Source: a virus
Lineage: Duplodnaviria; Caudoviricetes
Strand: one strand, 5' to 3'
Virus record (IMG/VR): IMGVR_UViG_3300037961_001274
Location: 1-24,321 of that record
DNA: 24,321 bases
Made by a program: the position numbers and the translations under genes. Below, piece after piece: positions 8,903-14,831 of the stretch. Numbering within the stretch: position 1 is the first letter of the stretch; each line of letters starts with the position of its first letter. The notes under the pieces are model-generated. The model had not been told where the DNA came from. It did not search any database and worked only from the letters and a program-made list of their open reading frames with translations.

Positions 8903-9019
8903 TTATCCTACCATAATTACTAAGCCTTGTACAATGAGAAGTAACCCTATTGAATAAGCTAGCAATCCTACCATAAACGCATTGCGTTTTACCCACTCTC
9001 TAATCTTTATTATCATCAT
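8903..9019 (-). CDS. 38-aa single-TM peptide (not in ORF track)
   Basis: MMIIKIREWVKRNAFMVGLLAYSIGLLLIVQGLVIMVG; SD GAGGAG upstream. Confidence 0.6.
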   Translation of the reverse strand: MMIIKIREWVKRNAFMVGLLAYSIGLLLIVQGLVIMVG

Positions 9020-9203
9020 CTATCTCCTCACAGATATCCCACTGGAATCCGTTGTACTCTACTTCAACATCTTTATGAGCATTCCAAGTTACTTCTGATA
9101 CTTGTCTAGAGAACATACTCTTTGCATCCGCCATGTTATCAGCTTCATAAAACCCAACGTATTCTATAACTTCACTAGCTCTTATTATGAATTTTTTACT
9201 CAT
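9000..9203 (-). CDS. Small acidic early protein
   Basis: Start re-assigned to ATG 9203 (SD GGAGG 9208-9212); EADNMADA motif. Confidence 0.7.
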   Translation of the reverse strand: MSKKFIIRASEVIEYVGFYEADNMADAKSMFSRQVSEVTWNAHKDVEVEYNGFQWDICEEIDDDNKD

Positions 9204-9213
9204 AGTCCCTCCT

Positions 9214-9230
9214 AGCGGGAATGTCCCGCT
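9214..9230. repeat. 17-bp palindrome copy 2, AGCGGGAATGTCCCGCT
   Basis: Intercistronic, between a stop codon and the next SD. Confidence 0.9.
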
Positions 9231-9231
9231 C

Positions 9232-9414
9232 TTATTCTTCTTCAACTTCAACTACTTCAAAGCCGTTCATATCTACTTCCACCTCATCCCCATGTGTAGA
9301 GAGATACTCGTAATCAATATCCTCAGCTACATCACATGCCTCATCATATGAACTTGCTTCAACAGTAGTTTCATAATTGTGTACATTAATTAATGAAACT
9401 TTATATGTTGGCAT
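9232..9414 (-). CDS. Small acidic early protein (VEAxSxDEA motif, DpnD/PcfM-like)
   Basis: SD AAGGAGGT; YKV...TVEASSYDEA. Confidence 0.7.
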   Translation of the reverse strand: MPTYKVSLINVHNYETTVEASSYDEACDVAEDIDYEYLSTHGDEVEVDMNGFEVVEVEEE

Positions 9415-9425
9415 AACTTACCTCC

Positions 9426-9758
9426 TTACCAATTTATTGGCATAACATGCTTGGTTGGTATGACATCTTTATGGTTTACCACATAATCCTCGTACCATTT
9501 AATCTCACCACCAAACTTTACAAGTCTGTCGCTTACCATTCTACCTACATCATCTTTGTGTAGAGCAAACACTAAGTCAACACGTGTTGGATTGTCTTCA
9601 TCATGTGTATGATACTCTTTGATATACTTCACACGGTAACCCAACTCATTTTCCATAAACGCCTCAAAGTCTGAAACAGGGAGAGGTTGGTCTGCTAATT
9701 GACAAGCCGTACCTATCCATGCACACACTTGAGTATATGTATCTGTATTGTACTCCAT
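9426..9758 (-). CDS. Hypothetical early protein
   Basis: SD AGGAGGTG; 110 aa. Confidence 0.75.
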   Translation of the reverse strand: MEYNTDTYTQVCAWIGTACQLADQPLPVSDFEAFMENELGYRVKYIKEYHTHDEDNPTRVDLVFALHKDDVGRMVSDRLVKFGGEIKWYEDYVVNHKDVIPTKHVMPINW

Positions 9759-9775
9759 GGTTTCACCTCCTATTA

Positions 9776-9955
9776 CTATTTTACATTAGACAATATCTTA
9801 GCTATTTTGTCAAGCTCAGACTTGTTCAATGAATTAATTCTGTCTTTATTTATTAGTTCACCACTAGACCATACATCTAATATTTTAGTTGTACCATCTG
9901 GTTTGATATCTAAATCAATTCGCTTGATAGGTTTCTTACTTTTCTTCATGCTCAT
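9776..9955 (-). CDS. 59-aa basic protein MSMKKSKKPIKRIDLD... (not in ORF track)
   Basis: Open frame filling the gap; GGAG upstream; start may be 9949. Confidence 0.65.
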   Translation of the reverse strand: MSMKKSKKPIKRIDLDIKPDGTTKILDVWSSGELINKDRINSLNKSELDKIAKILSNVK

Positions 9956-10241
9956 TCTCCCATGTATGAATTATAAACTCATTGGCGTCTTCCCATGTTA
10001 CATTGTCAGACCTCGTGATTCCTATACGTGTCTGTATACCTAAATCCCTAAGCCATACATGCACTGCATGAGCAGGTATCGGGTCTAGTTTTCTATATTT
10101 CATCAACAGACATATGCATGAGTGCCACCTGACATGACACTCTGCATACTCTGGATACCAGCGTTCTAAGTATTCGTACAAGTCTGTACCAAAATTAAAA
10201 CTATATGGGTTTGTTAATGGTGTTGTTTTATTTTCGTCCAT
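9936..10241 (-). CDS. Hypothetical early protein
   Basis: SD AGGAGG; 101 aa. Confidence 0.7.
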   Translation of the reverse strand: MDENKTTPLTNPYSFNFGTDLYEYLERWYPEYAECHVRWHSCICLLMKYRKLDPIPAHAVHVWLRDLGIQTRIGITRSDNVTWEDANEFIIHTWENEHEEK

Positions 10242-10250
10242 AGTATCCTC

Positions 10251-10517
10251 CTATACTGGTGGTAATATTTCTAGTTCCATCGCACCTTTGCGTAACAATG
10301 CTCGTTTAATATTTACATTGTCAACATAGAAACGATACTCTCTGTCGCCATTGTCGTGCAAACGATGTGTTACCACATGCTTGACGAAATGATGAGAGTT
10401 ACTCGCACTCGTGCCTACTCTAACAAGAACATCACCGATTTCTTTTACACCGTATGATTTGTTGCTTTGATAGGCACAAGAGTTGATGATATTCCATATT
10501 GGATAATGTCTACTCAT
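10251..10517 (-). CDS. Hypothetical early protein
   Basis: SD AAGGAGG; 88 aa. Confidence 0.75.
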   Translation of the reverse strand: MSRHYPIWNIINSCAYQSNKSYGVKEIGDVLVRVGTSASNSHHFVKHVVTHRLHDNGDREYRFYVDNVNIKRALLRKGAMELEILPPV

Positions 10518-10535
10518 GTGCTTGTCCTCCTTTTA

Positions 10536-10772
10536 TTAGTCTTCAATATCATAGTCTGCTGATGTTTGGTAATACTCGTATACATTTGGGTACTTTTCTA
10601 CCAACTTCGCATAGTTCTTGATGATAGTAAAGTGCTCATCACGAGTTAAGTCAGCTCGTTCTCGTGCCTCTTGACTCATCATGTTATCACCGCCTTCATA
10701 CTGCACTTGCAGATATCTGTCGAACATGAAGTTGTCAATTGCACTGAGTGGCAATTCTTTTACTCTAGACAT
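10536..10772 (-). CDS. Hypothetical early protein
   Basis: SD GGAGG; 78 aa. Confidence 0.75.
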   Translation of the reverse strand: MSRVKELPLSAIDNFMFDRYLQVQYEGGDNMMSQEARERADLTRDEHFTIIKNYAKLVEKYPNVYEYYQTSADYDIED

Positions 10773-10773
10773 C

Positions 10774-10956
10774 TCACTTCCTCCCTTTCATTAGTTTTGT
10801 TGCTGACTTGATGTCAGCTCTGAGTGTAGCTATCTTTTCTTCTACTCGCACTCGTTTGTGATGTGCACTATTGATAGACATGATGTAATTATACAACTCG
10901 TTTATCGTATCAGCACACTTCTCAAGTAGCTCAGTATCTTTGTGGTCTACTTGCAT
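10774..10956 (-). CDS. Hypothetical early protein
   Basis: SD AAGGAGGTG; 60 aa, helical. Confidence 0.7.
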   Translation of the reverse strand: MQVDHKDTELLEKCADTINELYNYIMSINSAHHKRVRVEEKIATLRADIKSATKLMKGRK

Positions 10957-10970
10957 AACTCACCTCCTTG

Positions 10971-11354
10971 TTAACATTCAGCTTCAAACATACAACTACC
11001 AGTATTCATAATACAATCTCTTATCTCTATACCTAGACCGTGTCTAGCATACAGTTCGAGAGCTCGTTTTACTTTGTCTGCTGGTATATTGGTTTGTTCT
11101 ACTATCATCTCATCGTTGTACCCGTTGTTGTTCTTAAAGAACTCATTCAACTCACCCATGTATGAACCTAACTCATCTCGTACTTTTTGTAGTTGTTCAT
11201 GGATTTTAGGTAAGTTGTGTTTATAGAACTCATAGTCAATCGTTCCACTCTTTTCATGGTACTCACCTTCGACACCGAAGTTACTGGCATCATCGCTAGA
11301 TTGTACAGCAAACCAGAACTTGCCTTCAATGTCACCCCAATAGTATCTACCCAT
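10971..11354 (-). CDS. Hypothetical phage protein (MGRYYxGDIEGKFWFAVQSS)
   Basis: SD AAGGAGGTG; 127 aa. Confidence 0.8.
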   Translation of the reverse strand: MGRYYWGDIEGKFWFAVQSSDDASNFGVEGEYHEKSGTIDYEFYKHNLPKIHEQLQKVRDELGSYMGELNEFFKNNNGYNDEMIVEQTNIPADKVKRALELYARHGLGIEIRDCIMNTGSCMFEAEC

Positions 11355-11386
11355 AGGAACTCACCTCCTTTTTAGTATAGTAGTAT

Positions 11387-11403
11387 GGCGGGATATTCCC
11401 GCT
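11387..11403. repeat. 17-bp palindrome copy 3, GGCGGGATATTCCCGCT
   Basis: Abuts the stop codon of 11403..11696. Confidence 0.9.
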
Positions 11404-11696
11404 TAGTCAAATGGATTAAATGTTTCTGGTTGACCAACTACTGCCAACCACTCGCCATCTCGTTCTACTGCCATTATATGACTGGCATAAACAGAACCAG
11501 CTTCATCGAACATACCTACTTCACTACCTTTTGCATCCACTAAGACAGTTTTCTTTAATCCTTTACCCTGCTTAGGCGACTCCAATAAATAGGATGTAAT
11601 AGGTTGCTCGATACCGACTTCTCTTAGCTGAGTAGTCTTTAGCTTATCGCCCTTTACTAGGTCACGATAACTAAGTGTATTGTAGAATTCACTCAT
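11403..11696 (-). CDS. First gene of the early operon, hypothetical
   Basis: SD GGAGGTG at 11704-11710; 97 aa. Confidence 0.8.
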   Translation of the reverse strand: MSEFYNTLSYRDLVKGDKLKTTQLREVGIEQPITSYLLESPKQGKGLKKTVLVDAKGSEVGMFDEAGSVYASHIMAVERDGEWLAVVGQPETFNPFD

Positions 11697-11719
11697 GGTA
11701 TCTCACCTCCATTTAGTTT

Positions 11720-11812
11720 AGCAACTGGGCAGTTGGAACACTTGAACCTTACTCACGGTAAGGCGAACAAGTTATACACTGCAAACTTACCTTGTTCCTC
11801 CTCGCAGTTGCT
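11720..11812 (-). ncRNA. Putative structured 5' leader RNA (four nested helices, GUGA loop)
   Basis: AGCAACUG/CAGUUGCU, GCAGU/ACUGC, ACUUG/CAAGU and CCUUAC/GUAAGG nested in order. Confidence 0.55.
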
Positions 11813-11813
11813 T

Positions 11814-11830
11814 AGCGGGAGTTTCCCGCT
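11814..11830. repeat. 17-bp palindrome copy 4, AGCGGGAGTTTCCCGCT
   Basis: Read directly from the sequence. Confidence 0.9.
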
Positions 11831-11967
11831 ACTAGTTACTAGTTAATACTTACTAATATAATTAAATACTAATAACTAGTATCTACTAGTAACTAATATA
11901 TACATATAAGTATACACTAATATACTAGTAAGTCAAATGACCAGTCGATACTCATGTAAATACTAGT
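11831..11967. repeat. AT-rich ACTA(G/A)T array, candidate replication origin or regulatory array
   Basis: ACTAGT at 11831, 11838, 11875, 11885, 11924, 11962; ACTAAT at 11852, 11868, 11892, 11916. Confidence 0.6.
11909..11936 (-). promoter_or_regulatory. Sigma70-like promoter for the early operon
   Basis: TTGACT-N16-TATACT on the minus strand. Confidence 0.55.
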
Positions 11968-12019
11968 ACCCTCTGCAAAATATTAATAATAACAAAAGTT
12001 AAGATTTTATGTTTTTTCC

Positions 12020-12036
12020 AGCGGGATTTTCCCGCT
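12020..12036. repeat. 17-bp palindrome copy 5, AGCGGGATTTTCCCGCT
   Basis: Read directly from the sequence. Confidence 0.9.
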
Positions 12037-12047
12037 AGTTTTTGACC

Positions 12048-12072
12048 AAAAAAAAAGCCCCTTGCGGGGCTT
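12048..12072 (-). terminator. Rho-independent terminator
   Basis: GCCCC-GCAA-GGGGC followed by U9 on the minus strand, 30 nt after the stop at 12103. Confidence 0.9.
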
Positions 12073-12086
12073 GTGAGTAAGTTAGG
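12071..12086 (+). repeat. TTGTGAGTAAGTTAGG motif copy
   Basis: Direct repeat of 518-532; 14-bp inverted repeat of 12677-12690. Confidence 0.85.
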
Positions 12087-12102
12087 ATTTTATTTGATTT
12101 TT

Positions 12103-12663
12103 TTATTTGCCGGGTATGGCGGTCTTTCTCATTGGGATATCTTGAATAGATATCATATATGTTTCATGCTTGTCAGATAAAAATTCTAACCTGTCTTCTG
12201 TAGGTCTAAATTTATCTTTCGCTAGTTCAGCATAATAAATTCCAATTAATGATATTTTTTCATCATTGGATAATTCTTTTTTCTTTTTCGGATTGGTTGC
12301 CTTTTTTTCCGGCTCTTTCCAGTCTGATTTCTTAGCTTCTTCAGTTAAACCAAGATTTGATATAGATTTTGCCGACAAAGCCAATCCTTTTTTATTTAAC
12401 TTTCCGTTTTTATCTAGCTTAGTAGATGAACGGTAAGCCCTTGAAATTGTATCGTAATGCTTTTCGGATACATTCCAAGATTTAATAAGTGCCTTTGTGG
12501 CTTTATTCCAAGCTGTATATTTAGAAGATAAATTATATTTTTTATCCGCTAGGGCTTTGGCATCCTTAACCATTAAGGCTCTTAATTTCTTAAAGTTAGA
12601 TGTGAATAGTTCAAGGCTTTTATCTAAGCCCTTAACTATTTCCTGATAATTTTTATTTTCCAT
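12103..12663 (-). CDS. Lysine-rich hypothetical protein in its own transcription unit
   Basis: ATG 12663 (MENKNYQE) with SD TAAGGA preferred over TTG 12723; has its own terminator. Confidence 0.75.
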   Translation of the reverse strand: MENKNYQEIVKGLDKSLELFTSNFKKLRALMVKDAKALADKKYNLSSKYTAWNKATKALIKSWNVSEKHYDTISRAYRSSTKLDKNGKLNKKGLALSAKSISNLGLTEEAKKSDWKEPEKKATNPKKKKELSNDEKISLIGIYYAELAKDKFRPTEDRLEFLSDKHETYMISIQDIPMRKTAIPGK

Positions 12664-12676
12664 TTTTATATCCTTA

Positions 12677-12690
12677 CCTAACTTACTCAC
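12677..12690 (-). repeat. GTGAGTAAGTTAGG motif copy in the 5' UTR
   Basis: Exact reverse complement of 12073-12086. Confidence 0.85.
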
Positions 12691-12700
12691 TATATATTTA

Positions 12701-12728
12701 ATTATCCTGATAATCGGAAACAATACAA
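12701..12728 (-). promoter_or_regulatory. Possible sigma70-like promoter overlapped by the palindrome ATTATC-CT-GATAAT
   Basis: TTGTAT-N16-GATAAT; inverted repeat at 12701-12714. Confidence 0.35.
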
Positions 12729-12751
12729 GTACCTAAAGAAAAATAATTATT

Positions 12752-12768
12752 AGCGGGAAGTTCCCGCC
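12752..12768. repeat. 17-bp palindrome copy 6, AGCGGGAAGTTCCCGCC
   Basis: Read directly from the sequence. Confidence 0.9.
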
Positions 12769-13076
12769 AGAATTTAATTCATAATGAATATACAAACCTT
12801 GTCTGCCGTTTTTGTGTAAAAATTATTTGCCTTTGACATACCCCCCCTGTGTTGCCACTACCGCCCACACCCATAATAAAAGTACATGGGTTGATTTCCC
12901 AACTCTCCTCATAAAAACTGCAAGTATTTATTGCTAATATAAATATCTAATAATTACGGGTACTTAGAAAGCCGCCCAATGCTCACCCAATTGTATGCAT
13001 TAGTTACCAAAGAATACTGGTATATGATATTCTAAAGCACCTATAGTGCTGTATTTACAAATATAATAAATAAAAC

Positions 13077-13107
13077 TTGACAAACGGCTTTCTGGGCTAT
13101 TTATACT
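13077..13107 (+). promoter_or_regulatory. Sigma70-like rightward promoter with a long spacer
   Basis: TTGACA-N19-TATACT with an A/T-rich UP-like tract upstream; the -10 lies within the palindrome TATACTAGTATA. Confidence 0.45.
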
Positions 13108-13126
13108 AGTATATGGGGTTACACTT

Positions 13127-13360
13127 ATGACGGAGATGCAATATCAAGAATTAAAAGATTATTGTTTGCTAAATGGCGCAAAGTATGGTATAACAAAGAT
13201 AGACTGCGAGGATATTTTGCATGATGCATGTGTTTATATACTTGAGGAAAATGTTATGCCAAACGACTATAAGTGGTGTGTATCAAAATATATTGGTAAA
13301 TACCGTGAAAGACGTAACAGAGAAAGCAAAAGGGAGACGCAGTTAAATTATGAACAATAA
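13127..13360 (+). CDS. Small protein resembling sigma factor region 2
   Basis: DCEDILHDACVYILE...YKW resembles the ECF DAEDLxQE motif. Confidence 0.4.
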   Translation: MTEMQYQELKDYCLLNGAKYGITKIDCEDILHDACVYILEENVMPNDYKWCVSKYIGKYRERRNRESKRETQLNYEQ

Positions 13361-13835
13361 ATTAAACCAATTATTTCCAGATGAAGTAGATTACAATAAG
13401 AAAATGTGGAGATTTCTTGAGAGTTGCTACTCAAATGGCTGGGTATTACGAGCTACGGGCAGAGAATTAAAGATTGACCACAAAACAGTTAAGAATATAC
13501 TAGATTCCTGTAAAAATTCTGAAACATATAAAATATTTATGTCAAAAGTGGAAGATACTGTCAAATCTTTTGCAGATGGCGACTTTAGTTCTACTATATT
13601 CCAAAGATATGAGACAGCATTACAAGAATTAGACGCAAAAATTAAAAATGCGACCAGTAAAAACGATGACAGACTAGTTATATCTTACTACAAACTAAAA
13701 CTAGCCGTGTTAAAAGACCAACTACGTGCTAGTTTAACATCAACTACACAAGAAAACACACAAAATTACTTAAATAAAGCTATCGAAACTTTACAAGACG
13801 AGGCTTGGGAAGAGTATGGAGAAAAAATCCAATAA
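13350..13835 (+). CDS. HTH protein: terminase small subunit or sigma region-4-like
   Basis: LRATGRELKIDHKTVKNIL HTH followed by coiled coil; lies upstream of TerL. Confidence 0.5.
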   Translation: MNNKLNQLFPDEVDYNKKMWRFLESCYSNGWVLRATGRELKIDHKTVKNILDSCKNSETYKIFMSKVEDTVKSFADGDFSSTIFQRYETALQELDAKIKNATSKNDDRLVISYYKLKLAVLKDQLRASLTSTTQENTQNYLNKAIETLQDEAWEEYGEKIQ

Positions 13836-13989
13836 ATTAGGCGTACATAAAGACGCAGAATCAAAACATCTTATGCGAGAAGGTAGATATTTACCAGCAT
13901 GGGTAGAAGATAATAAAGTAGTAAAGAAAAAGGAGACACCTCATGGCAAAAACACCAGCGTGGCAAAGAAAAGAAGGAAAAAATCCTAA
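13816..13989 (+). CDS. 57-aa basic protein (not in ORF track)
   Basis: MEKKSNKLGVHKDAESKHLMREGRYLPAW...KKRRKKS; overlaps both neighbours. Confidence 0.45.
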   Translation: MEKKSNKLGVHKDAESKHLMREGRYLPAWVEDNKVVKKKETPHGKNTSVAKKRRKKS

Positions 13990-14245
13990 AGGTGGACTAA
14001 ATGCTAAGGGTAGAGCTAGTGCTAAAGCAGAGGGTTCTAACCTAAAAGCGCCAGTAAAGTCTGGCACAAACCCTAGACGTGTTAGCTTTGCTGCTAGATT
14101 TGGTGGTATGGCAGGTGCACTCAAAGATTCTAAGGGTAGACCAACAAGATTAAAACTTGCTTTGAAAGCATGGGGATTTGGAAGTAAAGAAGCAGCCAGA
14201 GCTTTTGCAGCAAGACATAAAAAGAAAAAATCTAATAAAGCATAA
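13943..14245 (+). CDS. Basic conserved phage protein (PAWQRKEGKNPKGGLNAKGR type)
   Basis: SD AAGGAG; recalled from memory as a common phage family of unknown function. Confidence 0.8.
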   Translation: MAKTPAWQRKEGKNPKGGLNAKGRASAKAEGSNLKAPVKSGTNPRRVSFAARFGGMAGALKDSKGRPTRLKLALKAWGFGSKEAARAFAARHKKKKSNKA

Positions 14246-14259
14246 CGGAGGATATAATT

Positions 14260-14397
14260 ATGCCAATGGGTAAAGGAACATACGGAAGTAAAAAAGGGAG
14301 ACCAAAGAAGAAGAATGGTATGCTAACAGCAAAACAAAAAACATTGCCAGCAGCATTAAAAAATAAAATAAAGAAATCTAAGAAGAGGATGGCATAA
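14260..14397 (+). CDS. 45-aa basic protein MPMGKGTYGSKKGRPKKK... (not in ORF track)
   Basis: SD GGAGG; open frame; very Lys-rich. Confidence 0.8.
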   Translation: MPMGKGTYGSKKGRPKKKNGMLTAKQKTLPAALKNKIKKSKKRMA

Positions 14398-14398
14398 G

Positions 14399-14599
14399 AT
14401 GCCTTGGTGGTTACTTAAAATAGTCCCGTCTATATCTAAGTTTGTATTTGGCTGGTGGAATAAACGTGGTCAAGATAAAAAAGATATAGAATTAAAATCT
14501 GCAAAACATGAGATTTGGGTAAAAACTATGGAAGTACAAGCAAAAGATGAAGCTAAAAAAAGAATTAATAATACTACTGATTATCTTGACAAGCCTTAG
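14399..14599 (+). CDS. Putative inner-membrane spanin-like protein
   Basis: Hydrophobic/aromatic N-terminus plus charged helix; 3' end overlaps the lipoprotein gene. Confidence 0.4.
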   Translation: MPWWLLKIVPSISKFVFGWWNKRGQDKKDIELKSAKHEIWVKTMEVQAKDEAKKRINNTTDYLDKP

Positions 14600-14771
14600 T
14601 GGCTGCTCGATACTTAGTAGTAAAGTAAAATTTGTAAAACCTGAGTGCCCACAAGCACCTGACTGTAGTAATGCTAATGATAAAGTAGAATGTTGGGCAT
14701 ATCAGAAACAAAGTTACAAGGCGTGTATTAATTTACACAATAAAGCCTGGGATAAATTAAATGAATATTAA
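14547..14771 (+). CDS. Lipoprotein, outer-membrane spanin-like
   Basis: MKLKK + hydrophobic core + lipobox LSGC; Pro/Cys-containing mature part. Confidence 0.6.
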   Translation: MKLKKELIILLIILTSLSGCSILSSKVKFVKPECPQAPDCSNANDKVECWAYQKQSYKACINLHNKAWDKLNEY

Positions 14772-14822
14772 GCAGGATGTGGCACAGTCGAGGAGACTTG
14801 ACCCGCCAATACATCCTTGCTT
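14770..14822 (+). promoter_or_regulatory. Long bulged RNA hairpin with GAGA tetraloop upstream of TerL
   Basis: AAGCA-GGAUGU/ACAUCC-U-UGCUU, GGC/GCC, GUCGAG-GAGA-CUUGAC. Confidence 0.6.
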
Positions 14823-14831
14823 TGGATTATT

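Noticed and set aside
492-9000. Plus-strand ORFs opposite replication/early genes (e.g. 1562, 2310, 3918, 4842, 5044, 7565) and minus-strand 492..689
   Set aside because: Shadow or alternative frames of well-supported genes, with no SD or motifs.
12073-12690. IS or MITE bounded by 14-bp inverted repeats
   Set aside because: The enclosed ORF has no transposase or recombinase motif, and I see no target-site duplication.
12701-12714. Fur box
   Set aside because: The GATAAT half-sites are in the opposite arrangement (ATTATC-N2-GATAAT) to the canonical Fur box.
4800-12768. Palindromes as a CRISPR array or N4-type virion RNAP hairpin promoters
   Set aside because: Spacing is irregular (0.2-4.4 kb); the centres are variable and lack the conserved GNA triloop of N4 promoters; no such RNA polymerase is in the window.
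12833-12862. TTGACA as a rightward -35 box
   Set aside because: No acceptable -10 hexamer 16-19 bp downstream.
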